64,000 nt of DNA from Nitrospiraceae bacterium (lineage in GTDB: Bacteria; Nitrospirota; Nitrospiria; Nitrospirales; Nitrospiraceae). The stretch is from positions 224,001 to 288,000 of the forward strand of contig JBFWWG010000004.1 in the NCBI GenBank assembly GCA_050246315.1, written 5' to 3'. Below, piece after piece: positions 29,511 to 38,377 of this stretch. Both the position numbers and the translations under genes were made by a program. The notes under the pieces were generated by a model that was given only the letters and a program-made list of their open reading frames with translations, had not been told where the DNA came from and did no database searches. Within the stretch, counting starts at the first letter, position 1, and each line of letters begins with the position of its first letter.

Positions 29511-30695
29511 ATGACTGATCAGACACGCGAACAGACCATAGCTCAGGGGCCCGCCTTTTTCTCCTACGGTTTCCGCCCGTTTTTTCTCGGCGCGGCGCTG
29601 TTTGCCGGCTTGGCGGTACCCGCGTGGATCGCAATGTTTGCGGGAGCCGGAGGTCCGCCCTTCCTCTATGCTCCTCGGGAGTGGCATGTGCATGAGATGG
29701 TCTTCGGCTTCCTCCCCGCGGTGATCACCGGCTTTCTGCTTACGGCAATCCCCAACTGGACCGATCGGCCGCCGGTCATAGGAACGAAGTTGATGCTGTT
29801 GTTTCTGTTGTGGGTGGCCGGACGGGTGGTCATCGCGGTCCCATGGCTTCCTCCTTTCGTCGCCTCCACGATTGATGCCGCGTTTCTGGTTGTGATGGCG
29901 GGGTACGTCTGGCGGGAATTGACCACGGCCGGAACGTGGAGTCACGCGCCGGTGGGAGTGGTGATCAGCCTCTACGCCTGTGCCAACATCCTGTTTCATG
30001 TCCTGGCCCTGAGCGGCGCAGAATCGGACGTGGCCATGCGCATGGCCCTCTCGCTGCTGACGGTCCTGCTCACCTTCATCGGAGGGCGGATTACGCCGAA
30101 CTTCACGAGGGAATACTTGGTCGATCAGCGGATGGCTCAACGGCCTGCTGTGCCGTCCCCATTCGATGTCCCGTCGCTCACACTGACGGCCATCGCCGCC
30201 ATCGCCTGGACCATTCAACCGGATGCCATGGCCACGGGGTGGATCCTGCTGACCGCCGGGCTCTCCATCTTCGGACGCCTATTGCACTGGTACGGCTGGT
30301 TGACCTGGCGCGAGCCGCTCGTGCTGATGCTCCATGTCGGCTATGGCTGGTTGGCGATCGCGATGGTCGCGTTGGGAGGTGCCGGTCTTGGGATAGGGCT
30401 GCCGGCGACGGAGGCGCTGCACGCGCTGACGACCGGCTCCGTGGGTGCGATGACCTTGGCGGTCATGACTCGTGCGAGCCTTGGCCATACGGGGCGTCCC
30501 CGGCATGCCGGTCCCATGACGGTTGGCATCTACTTGCTGGTCAATCTTGGCGCGCTGCTGCGGGTCTTCGGACCAGCGTCCGGCCTCTCTACCAATCTAG
30601 TCCTTGGCATGGCAGCGGCCTGTTGGAGCGGGGCCTATCTGCTGTTTGCCGTGATCTACGGGCCGTTCCTCTTGCGGCCAAGCCTGGATGAATGA
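29511..30695 (+). CDS. nnrS: NnrS family membrane protein
   Basis: GFRPFFLGA, WHVHEMVFGF, GFLLTAIPNWT, IGGRITPNFT, LHVGYGW, MTRASLGHTGR. Confidence 0.93.
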   Translation: MTDQTREQTIAQGPAFFSYGFRPFFLGAALFAGLAVPAWIAMFAGAGGPPFLYAPREWHVHEMVFGFLPAVITGFLLTAIPNWTDRPPVIGTKLMLLFLLWVAGRVVIAVPWLPPFVASTIDAAFLVVMAGYVWRELTTAGTWSHAPVGVVISLYACANILFHVLALSGAESDVAMRMALSLLTVLLTFIGGRITPNFTREYLVDQRMAQRPAVPSPFDVPSLTLTAIAAIAWTIQPDAMATGWILLTAGLSIFGRLLHWYGWLTWREPLVLMLHVGYGWLAIAMVALGGAGLGIGLPATEALHALTTGSVGAMTLAVMTRASLGHTGRPRHAGPMTVGIYLLVNLGALLRVFGPASGLSTNLVLGMAAACWSGAYLLFAVIYGPFLLRPSLDE

Positions 30696-30715
30696 CCAGA
30701 CGGAGTCATGTGGAT

Positions 30716-30762
30716 GGGAACTGGGGTCTGGGAAATGGGGTCTGCTGGGAAATGGGGTCTGG
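30716..30762. repeat. short tandem GGGAA(A/C)TGGGGTCTG repeats resembling the transposase ends
   Basis: Three copies of TGGGGTCTG; resembles TGGGGTCAG at 40664. Confidence 0.6.
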
Positions 30763-30960
30763 CATGAGTATTGATTTATTCAAGGGCGCTCACATCGGTC
30801 CCCCACCATGGCTCGCATTCCTCGCGAGGAATGCTCCGTCGCGCGCGATTGTGTGATCGCCCGCGGCCACCGACGCGCGACGATGAGGGTCCTAGGCAAT
30901 GCGCGGTTGTCTTTTCGAGCGACGCCAGCACAACGCTGGCATCCTGTTTGAGCCTCTTGC

Positions 30961-32346
30961 TCAACAATTCACGACATTGACCGCCAACCCGCCCTTGGCG
31001 GTCTCTTTGTACTTGGCCTGCATGTCCAGCCCGGTCTGTCTCATGGTTTCGATCACTCGGTCCAGGGACACCCGATGGGTCCCGTCTCCGTGCAGCACGG
31101 CGAGGCGAGCGGCGTTGATCTCCTGGGTCGCCCCCATGGTGTTCCGTTCGATACAGGGCACCTGGACCAACCCGCCGACCGGGTCGCAGGTCAACCCGAG
31201 GTGATGTTCCATCCCGATTTCGGCAGCGTTCTCGATCTGTTCGTTGCTGCCGCCCATAACGGCGGCCAGACCGGCGGCGGCCATCGAACAGGCCACCCCC
31301 ACTTCGCCCTGGCAACCCATTTCGGCAGCAGACAACGACGCATTGCGTTTGTACAACAGGCCGATGGCAGCCGCCGTCAGGAGAAAGGTCCGTCCCCCGC
31401 GATCGTCCGCTCCCGGGAGAAACCGACGATAGTAGGCCAGCACGGCCGGAATGACGCCGGCTGCTCCGTTCGTCGGGGCCGTCACCACCCGACCACCGGC
31501 CGCATTCTCCTCGTTGACCGCCAGCGCGAAGAGACTCACCCAATCGAGCGTTGCCAACGGGTCTGCCGTCACCGGTCGTCCTTGGAGACTACGAAACAGT
31601 ATCCCGGCCCGCCGGCGGACTTGCAATCCGCCCGGCAAGAAGCCTTCGCCGCGACAGCCTCGCTCAATACATTGTTCCATCACGTGCCAAATCCGATCGA
31701 GTCCAGCATCGGTTTCTTCCGGGCTGCGCCAGGCCGTTTCGTTCTTCCGCATGAGGTCGGCGATCGAAAGCCGCTCCCGTCGACCGATCGCCAACAACTC
31801 GGCAGCCGATCCGAACTCATAGGGCACGGGGTTCATTGGTGCACACCCGCCCGTGCGACCGGCAGTCGCTTCGTCCTCGCTGACGACGAACCCTCCGCCG
31901 ATAGAATAAAACGTCTGATTGGCGAGTACCTCGCCCATCTGATCGAAAGTCGTGAACGTCAGCCCGCAGGGATGGAGCGGGAGCGAAGCGTCTTCGTGAA
32001 ACAGGAGGTCGGCGGCGTCATCGAACGGGATGGTTGATTGGGAGATCAAACGAAGCTGACGTTGTAACCGTATCTGCGCCACCAGCGGCTCGACCTTGTC
32101 CGGGTCGATGCGGTCGGGTCGTTCTCCCGAGAGGCCCAGCATCACGGCTCTGTCGGTCGCATGGCCTCGCCCGGTCAAGGCCAGCGATCCATACAGATCG
32201 ACGCGTATTCGCCGCACGCGGGACAGCAGGCCGGTCGCCTCCAGCGTCTGAACGAATCGCAGCGCCGCCCACATCGGACCGACCGTGTGGGAACTCGAGG
32301 GGCCGATGCCGATCTTGAAGAGATCAAAGACCGTGAGCGCCATCAT
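30961..32346 (-). CDS. sdaA: L-serine ammonia-lyase (Fe-S, single chain)
   Basis: [63 protein letters not shown]. Confidence 0.96.
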   Translation of the reverse strand: MMALTVFDLFKIGIGPSSSHTVGPMWAALRFVQTLEATGLLSRVRRIRVDLYGSLALTGRGHATDRAVMLGLSGERPDRIDPDKVEPLVAQIRLQRQLRLISQSTIPFDDAADLLFHEDASLPLHPCGLTFTTFDQMGEVLANQTFYSIGGGFVVSEDEATAGRTGGCAPMNPVPYEFGSAAELLAIGRRERLSIADLMRKNETAWRSPEETDAGLDRIWHVMEQCIERGCRGEGFLPGGLQVRRRAGILFRSLQGRPVTADPLATLDWVSLFALAVNEENAAGGRVVTAPTNGAAGVIPAVLAYYRRFLPGADDRGGRTFLLTAAAIGLLYKRNASLSAAEMGCQGEVGVACSMAAAGLAAVMGGSNEQIENAAEIGMEHHLGLTCDPVGGLVQVPCIERNTMGATQEINAARLAVLHGDGTHRVSLDRVIETMRQTGLDMQAKYKETAKGGLAVNVVNC

Positions 32347-32599
32347 CACATTATAATGGATGCGGCGACAGCGATGCGGAGACGGAATGTTGAAGGGGAG
32401 AATGTCGGTAGCCTGTCCTACCGCGATGAAGGGATGCGATTCGATGAACGCCGGCATGCGGGCGACGCCTCATCACCATCGCAGAAGGCGGTCAGTCCCC
32501 AGACCTCCCCGTGGGGGTATCCGTTGCTCCGGGACCCATTGCTCTTTGTTGAATGTATGGGTGCTCGGCAGCGGGTGAAATGTCACAAATCGTGATGAA

Positions 32600-33220
32600 T
32601 CATGCGGGCTCGCAGTTCCCGGCCGGCGCGTTTCCACAGGGACTGCACTCCGGCGTCCGCGCGTCGAAATCGGCCACGCCGCGTCGGCCGTCGAGTTGAA
32701 TGAGACAGCAGTCGTCGAGCATCCGCTTCAACTGCCGGCGGCCTCGCTGCACACGCGATTTCATGCCGGAGAGCGAGAGCCCCATCCGTGCGGCCGCCTC
32801 CTGTTGCGTCAACCCGTCCAATTCCACAAGGGTCACCGCCTCACGATAGTCCTGCGGCAGTTGCATGATCATCGGGCGAAGACAGCCGGCCAGGTCCGCT
32901 CGGCGTTCACTGGAACCCTCCGCCGTTTCATCGTTCGAGTCGGACACGGGAAGAGCCTCCAGTTCGCCGGTCAGGCCCACCGGCCGGTCTATCCGTTTTC
33001 CGCTCGCCCGGTAATGGTCAATGATGACACGGCGTGTGATCTGATAGACCCAGGAGACAAGCCGACGTGGGTCGTTCACGCTGTCGAGCCTCCGGTGAAT
33101 CCGCAGAAAGACTTCCTGCAAGATATCCTCCGCTTCGGCCTCATTCGCCACCCGCTTTGATATGAAGGCACGAAGGCTGTCGTGGACTTGCTGCCAGATC
33201 TCCGTCACGACCTCCGCCAT
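32600..33220 (-). CDS. sigZ: ECF RNA polymerase sigma factor, SigZ-like
   Basis: AEDILQEVFLRI, WVYQITR, GMKSRVQRGR..LK.ML.DCC and a Cys-rich tail. Confidence 0.88.
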   Translation of the reverse strand: MAEVVTEIWQQVHDSLRAFISKRVANEAEAEDILQEVFLRIHRRLDSVNDPRRLVSWVYQITRRVIIDHYRASGKRIDRPVGLTGELEALPVSDSNDETAEGSSERRADLAGCLRPMIMQLPQDYREAVTLVELDGLTQQEAAARMGLSLSGMKSRVQRGRRQLKRMLDDCCLIQLDGRRGVADFDARTPECSPCGNAPAGNCEPA

Positions 33221-33265
33221 GATGCCCTCGCCGTGGGTTCTTCTACCGTACTGCGCCCAGCTTAG

Positions 33266-33486
33266 CCCACATTATTCATGACGGTTCGTCACGAAACCAC
33301 CAAGACGCCACGCGAGACAGGCACGCGGAGCCGCGAGGAAGGAAGGCATACTTGAAACAGTATGTCGACCGACCGAGCGGCGAGCCTGCCCGCTTGGCTG
33401 CGGGAAACCGGCAGCCAAGCCCGTCGCAGCGGCGTATCGGTGGTTGCATCGGTGGTTGCAGTAGAAGCGATCATGAATGATGTGGG
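33266..33486. mobile_element. MITE family 1, copy 2 (221 bp)
   Basis: TIR CCCACATTATTCATGA...TCATGAATGATGTGGG; perfect TTAG duplication at 33262-33265 and 33487-33490; short internal tandem duplication. Confidence 0.88.
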
Positions 33487-33546
33487 TTAGGACACGCAAG
33501 TCAGCGGCTCGTTCTGAACGCCGGCCACCGACCCCGAGGCAGCCTA

Positions 33547-33749
33547 ACAGGCTGTTGAAAAACCTTTCGAGTACCCGCGAAATCCGGAACAGCGAGCGAT
33601 CACGGACGATATCAGAACTGCGTGCAGGATGGTCAAAAAGGTCGTCCAGCGAGGCCGCAGCGAGCGAGGAGGAGAAGCGTACTCTTCTCCGTACGGTGAG
33701 CCTCTGAGCGATGCGAGAACAAAGCTGGCGGACTTTTTCACCATACTGC
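33547..33749. mobile_element. MITE-like element, family 2 (composite ends)
   Basis: Imperfect IR GCAGGATGGTCAAAAAG (33624) / CTTTTTCACCATACTGC (33749), plus an extra left end ACAGGCTGTTGAAAAA at 33547. Confidence 0.75.
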
Positions 33750-34159
33750 TAATGCTTCGGCACACAGCAGCCGGTATTCTTGAGCGGGCCAGTCACCTCC
33801 AACTGTTCGTAGACCGTAAAAACCTCCCAGGCATTGCCGTCCGGATCGGTGAACCAGAGTTTGTCCTGCCGGGCGAAGCAACAGGCGACGTTGTCCTCGG
33901 CCCTATCGAGAATGCCCTGTTCCTGCAGATGAGCTTTCCAGGCGGCAATCTCCTCGACGGACTCGACCTCAATTCCCAAATGATTCACCGAGCTGATCGT
34001 GCCCGTGGTGGAGACCAACGAAAGATTCAGCGCCGGCTTGGTTAAATCGAACTTGGCATAATCCGAGGTGACTTTCTGTGGCACTACTCCGAACACTCTC
34101 TGGTAGAACGCCACCGAAGCCGGCACGTTGCGCACATCGAGCGACAGATGGGGTCTCAT
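33749..34159 (-). CDS. ArsI/CadI family VOC metalloenzyme
   Basis: RPHLSLDV, YAKF, NHLGIEV, CCFARQDKLW..DPDGN.WEVF. Confidence 0.9.
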   Translation of the reverse strand: MRPHLSLDVRNVPASVAFYQRVFGVVPQKVTSDYAKFDLTKPALNLSLVSTTGTISSVNHLGIEVESVEEIAAWKAHLQEQGILDRAEDNVACCFARQDKLWFTDPDGNAWEVFTVYEQLEVTGPLKNTGCCVPKH

Positions 34160-34210
34160 GAGAGGTCTCCTTGGTTCCGGCGAGGAGCCATTCCCTCGCT
34201 CTACCCTAAG

Positions 34211-34237
34211 AGACGAAGCATCCTGGAAAAGGACGCA
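34211..34237 (-). promoter_or_regulatory. candidate ECF sigma promoter
   Basis: TGCGTC-16 nt-CGTCT about 50 nt upstream of arsI/cadI. Confidence 0.5.
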
Positions 34238-34478
34238 ACGTCTAGGCTGCGACTGTTTTGTCCATCGCTTCGCGCCTCACATGCCGATTGACCAAAGATT
34301 CCAATCGGCGTAGCATGGTTCCCTGTCGTTTCAGCGAGGGTGGCCGGCGTCTCTTCCGTGCGCTCCTGCCGGTGATTCTGCGCCCCGGATCTCCCCGCAG
34401 CCCCCTTCACTCCGACGCCGGATACCTCGCCGCTGATCGTCGTTTCCCAGATGCGGATCCCTTGGAACGAGGGTCCTC

Positions 34479-34949
34479 ATGGACGCGATTACCCGCCGTG
34501 AGTGCATTCCCCTCCTGGCACTGACCATTGTGTCGTTGGTTCTCTTCGGGCTCCGCTCGAATGATCGTGAGGCCGGTGCAACTTCCTCCTCCCCGCTGGC
34601 TACCGTAGCCCCCACCGAACATCTGCTCCCAGCGAGCACCTGGGTGGACGACCTGGAAGACAAGCTCACCACCTACTTCGCAGAAAAATATCCTGCGTAC
34701 GATTTTTCGCCGTACCGGCAGGAATTGGACCGGGTTCGGAGCGCGGCCAGCCGTGGTGATCGGTGGGCCGCGAAACGGGAAATGGGCGTGTTTCTCAAGA
34801 TGGTGGGCAGTCGCGCCTACGGCTTGGCCGATGACGCCGCCGAGGAGTTGGCCGCCTCTTCTCAGGAGGCAATGCCCGACGAGGAGTTTGCCATCGTCTA
34901 TCCCGGAGGGTTGGATCCGACGACGGACGCGGCAGCGATGACTTGGTGA
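34479..34949 (+). CDS. hypothetical protein with N-terminal TM anchor
   Basis: Hydrophobic segment then a helical domain; SD-like GAGG. Confidence 0.7.
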   Translation: MDAITRRECIPLLALTIVSLVLFGLRSNDREAGATSSSPLATVAPTEHLLPASTWVDDLEDKLTTYFAEKYPAYDFSPYRQELDRVRSAASRGDRWAAKREMGVFLKMVGSRAYGLADDAAEELAASSQEAMPDEEFAIVYPGGLDPTTDAAAMTW

Positions 34950-34984
34950 TAGGGGGTAAACCGCCCGGAAAGGAGGGACTGGTT

Positions 34985-35224
34985 ATGGCCTCGCATACAC
35001 CTGTGGCCCATAAGATTCTTGGCGAAGTGAAACGGTCGCATGGCTGCGATCTGGATACCCTGGCGAATCGCCTGCCTGATCTGTCCTGGAACCAGGTCTT
35101 CCTCGAAGTCGATCGGCTGAGCCGCCAGGGAGAGGTGCTGGTGACCTTCGGTACGGAAGGCGGCTACATGATCCGGTTGCCGGATCATAAGAGGAAAGTC
35201 GTAACCCATTCGGGCAGGCCCTGA
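34985..35224 (+). CDS. small hypothetical protein (winged-helix-like)
   Basis: SD AAGGAGG; LSWNQVFLEVDRLSR. Confidence 0.7.
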   Translation: MASHTPVAHKILGEVKRSHGCDLDTLANRLPDLSWNQVFLEVDRLSRQGEVLVTFGTEGGYMIRLPDHKRKVVTHSGRP

Positions 35225-35294
35225 TCGACAACAGCGCTGACCCGTCGCATTGCGAAGGTGAGCAGGCCGGTCTCCCTCCTTGAGGACCATCTAC

Positions 35295-35777
35295 TCAGTA
35301 CCGAGACTCCATCTTGATCTCAAATCGAACTGGATCTCGGGAGGTCTCCGGAAATGCCATCATTGTGCCGGCCACGGTCGAGACTCGGGGAGAGGTGAAG
35401 GGACTGCCCGTCTCGTAGTCGGTCTTCAGGGTCGAAAGACTGCTGACAATGCCCCTGTGATCAAAATAGATCCCGAGATCGTATTGGGTATCGTATAGGC
35501 CGGGGCTATTGTAGAGGAAGCCGTACAACAGCAGGTACTCCAGCGGATTGATCCTGCCGGACGCATAGCTATAGCCCCACCATTCTCTGGTCCATCCCCC
35601 CATCTCGATGCTTCGTTGATTGGACGGATTGCCGAGGAGGCTGGCGACCTGCTGTTTGGTCGTCTTCCCGACTGTGATCTGGGCCATCGTCTGGTCGTCG
35701 GCCAGATTCGAATTACCTGTCGAGACACAGCCGGCGAGCCACAACCCAAACAACGCCGGCCCAAGCCTGCTCGGCAT
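35295..35777 (-). CDS. lipoprotein, BamE/SmpA-like fold
   Basis: Lipobox LAGC; I.VGKTTKQQV..LLGNP...W.Y.Y...FD..GIV; SD GGAGGAGG. Confidence 0.75.
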   Translation of the reverse strand: MPSRLGPALFGLWLAGCVSTGNSNLADDQTMAQITVGKTTKQQVASLLGNPSNQRSIEMGGWTREWWGYSYASGRINPLEYLLLYGFLYNSPGLYDTQYDLGIYFDHRGIVSSLSTLKTDYETGSPFTSPRVSTVAGTMMAFPETSRDPVRFEIKMESRY

Positions 35778-35898
35778 CGTCCTCCTCCAGTTCCGCGAAC
35801 CGGGTCTTCTCCCGTCCGCCAACGTCCCCTCGCAAAACCTCGTCCAGACCCGGCGCATTGCAGCACCGGCGATGCACGATGTCAACAGGACTCCCGGC

Positions 35899-37809
35899 TT
35901 ACCTGGCAAACACCAGCAAGCTGTTGGCGGGGAGGACGAGCGAGGCGGAATAGCCGAACCCGTGCAATGGATGCGGGTCGGCGACGACCTGGCCGCCGTT
36001 GCCGGCGACCTGAGGATTGACCCAGTTTTCGTAGACGTCGCTGTTGAAGACTTCGCGCCAGGCCCCGCCGGCGGGGAACCCAATGCGATAGCCGAAGCGG
36101 GTGAAGGTCGCCAGGTGCAGGACCACGAGCACATCCTGCCCTTCACCTTCTACCCAGCGGTGAAAGGCCAGCACACGATTCTGGTCGTGCACATGTACCA
36201 CGCGAAAACCCTGCCCCCGCATGCCCGGATGGTTCCGGCGCAGGCCGATCAACTCCCGTGTGAATCGCACGTGATCAAGCATCTGCTTGTCACCCCGGTC
36301 CAGACCATTCCAATAGAGCAGGAGGTCTCGGTCTAACTCGAAATTGTCCGACCACTGTTTGTCTTCGAGAAACTCCTGCCCCATGAACAGCATTGGGATA
36401 CCAGGCGCAGTCAGGCTGAGGCCGGTCGCGACCCGGGCTCGGCTGCGGCCGTACCATGACCGCGGGTTTTCGGGATCGCCGAGTCGGGCAATCCGCTGTT
36501 CACGTCCTTTCAACACGATGTCGTGGTTCTCCGGTCCCTGCACGAAGCGCCAGGATTCATAAAAGCCGTCCGGCCAGAGGCTGTTCGCCAGGCCCGTCAT
36601 GTTGAGCGCCCGTTCATCAGGCGCGCTGGCGTTCCCAATGACGTCGCGGATGGCGATGCGCAACCCGTCCGTCAAGGTCGTATCGAACCCAGCTCCGTCC
36701 GGAGCGGTTTTTACGACGTAGGGATTCACGTTCCAATACTCGGCATGGTTCAACGCGCTCGGCCGCCGTGCGTGCAGCGTGGACGTGAGATCCTGGCAGA
36801 ACCGCCACCCGTGCGGCGCGCCGTCGTGGTCGATCACGCTCACCTGATCGTAGCGGAAGCCATCCACTCGGTATTCATCCAGAAAGAACTTGGCGTTTTG
36901 GATCAGAAAATCGCGCACCTCCGGCTTGGCATAATCGAACACCAGGCCGCCCGCATGGCCCTTGTCGGTGAAGTACAAGGAGTTGCGATTCCCTCCTGTG
37001 GTGGATTGCCGGTCGAGGAAGTAGAGGCTCTGGTCCCCAAAATCGCCGCCGGCATGGTTGTAGACGACATCGAGGATCACAGCCATTCCGTACAGATGAC
37101 ACAGATCCACCAGCGCCTTGAGCTGGTTCATCTCGCCGCGCAGCTCCTCCGTATGATATCTGCGCAGCCCCTTCGCATCGAGCAGCTTGTTGACCTCTGC
37201 TACAGAAGAAGCCAGCGCATCGCCCGACACGGAAAAGTCCATCTCGGGAGAAAAATAGTCGGTGCCGTTGTAGCCGAGGCTGAACTGCGTTTGAAATTCC
37301 TGAATCGGCATGAGTTGCAGCGCGGTCACGCCCAGCTCGGCGAGATGCGGAATTTTTCTCGCTACGTCCAGGAACGTGCCGCCCTTGTCCGGCAGATTCG
37401 GCGTGAAGAACGTCCCGACATGCAGTTGATAGAGGATGAACTCATCGAAGCGCGGGGTGACATACCCGCTCTCGTGCCATGGGAAATCCGTCTTGCGAAT
37501 GACGCACTCGCTTGGGAAGGGAGTCTCTAACTCGCGGGCGTAAGGGTCTCGCTTGGGCCCTTCGCTCCCCTCGCCGACGATGTAGAACATGTAACGCTGG
37601 CGGTCTCGCACGCCCGGGACGAAGCCGCGCCAATGTCCGTAGGCGTCGCGCGTGAGCAGGCTCGTATCGTTGCGCAGGCGGTTGTTGAAATCCCCAAGTA
37701 CGTGGACAGAGCGGGCCTGCGGCGCCCAGACTCGAAACGTCGCACCGTCGGCGATGAGGTTGGCCCCCATCGGGGTACCGGAATGAATGTGGTCGAGCGA
37801 GGCCGGCAC
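35899..37809 (-). CDS. GH13 alpha-amylase family protein (branching enzyme/trehalohydrolase-like, N-terminal CBM48)
   Basis: FRVWAP, DVVYNH, DGFRYD (nucleophile), HAEYW (acid/base), ENHD, PMLFMGQEF. Confidence 0.9.
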   Translation of the reverse strand: MPASLDHIHSGTPMGANLIADGATFRVWAPQARSVHVLGDFNNRLRNDTSLLTRDAYGHWRGFVPGVRDRQRYMFYIVGEGSEGPKRDPYARELETPFPSECVIRKTDFPWHESGYVTPRFDEFILYQLHVGTFFTPNLPDKGGTFLDVARKIPHLAELGVTALQLMPIQEFQTQFSLGYNGTDYFSPEMDFSVSGDALASSVAEVNKLLDAKGLRRYHTEELRGEMNQLKALVDLCHLYGMAVILDVVYNHAGGDFGDQSLYFLDRQSTTGGNRNSLYFTDKGHAGGLVFDYAKPEVRDFLIQNAKFFLDEYRVDGFRYDQVSVIDHDGAPHGWRFCQDLTSTLHARRPSALNHAEYWNVNPYVVKTAPDGAGFDTTLTDGLRIAIRDVIGNASAPDERALNMTGLANSLWPDGFYESWRFVQGPENHDIVLKGREQRIARLGDPENPRSWYGRSRARVATGLSLTAPGIPMLFMGQEFLEDKQWSDNFELDRDLLLYWNGLDRGDKQMLDHVRFTRELIGLRRNHPGMRGQGFRVVHVHDQNRVLAFHRWVEGEGQDVLVVLHLATFTRFGYRIGFPAGGAWREVFNSDVYENWVNPQVAGNGGQVVADPHPLHGFGYSASLVLPANSLLVFAR

Positions 37810-37813
37810 CCGG

Positions 37814-38368
37814 CTATTTCTTTCTTTTTGTCGCTGATTTCGTTGGCATTGATTTCTTTGTCGTAGGTTTCTTGGTCATGGATTTCTTCGTCATGGATTT
37901 CTTCGTCATGGAGCTCTTCCCCATTGACCTCATCGTGCTCTCCGCCAGCTCACGCACGAATGATTCCGGATCGGCTTCGGCCATCCGCTTGACCCTGGCA
38001 GTCACTGCGGGAGACCTGAACCCGGCCGCCGACTTCAGAACAACCTTGCGGACCCCCATGTCCGAATCGTCCTGTAACAGTCCCGCGACCTTGTCCGCGT
38101 GAACCTCAGAGAGGTTGCGGATACCCGCCGCGACCGCAACCCGCAGGGTGGGCTCATTCCTTGCCACCGCCGCTTTTAGCACCGCGGCCGCCTTTTCGCC
38201 TTTGATCAGACTCGCCAGATAGGCTGCCTTCGCAGCCAACCCAAGGTCTCCGCCCTGTACCAGTTCCAAAAGAAATGGAATCGCCGGCACACCGAGCTTC
38301 TTGGCGCTTTGGTAATCTACTTCTTCCGCGTCAAGCCAGCGGCGTACATCTGTCATGGTCATCGCCAT
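37814..38368 (-). CDS. HEAT-repeat-like protein with a Lys-rich repeat tail
   Basis: Helical repeats (LQDDSDMGVRKVVL, ADPESFVRELA); tail TKKSMTKKSMTKKPTTKKSM. Confidence 0.78.
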   Translation of the reverse strand: MAMTMTDVRRWLDAEEVDYQSAKKLGVPAIPFLLELVQGGDLGLAAKAAYLASLIKGEKAAAVLKAAVARNEPTLRVAVAAGIRNLSEVHADKVAGLLQDDSDMGVRKVVLKSAAGFRSPAVTARVKRMAEADPESFVRELAESTMRSMGKSSMTKKSMTKKSMTKKPTTKKSMPTKSATKRKK

Positions 38369-38377
38369 AGCGTCCCC

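Noticed and set aside
32347..32599. Glycine riboswitch upstream of sdaA
   Set aside because: No GGAGA...CCGAAG...CTCTCAGG core, and the gene looks leaderless.
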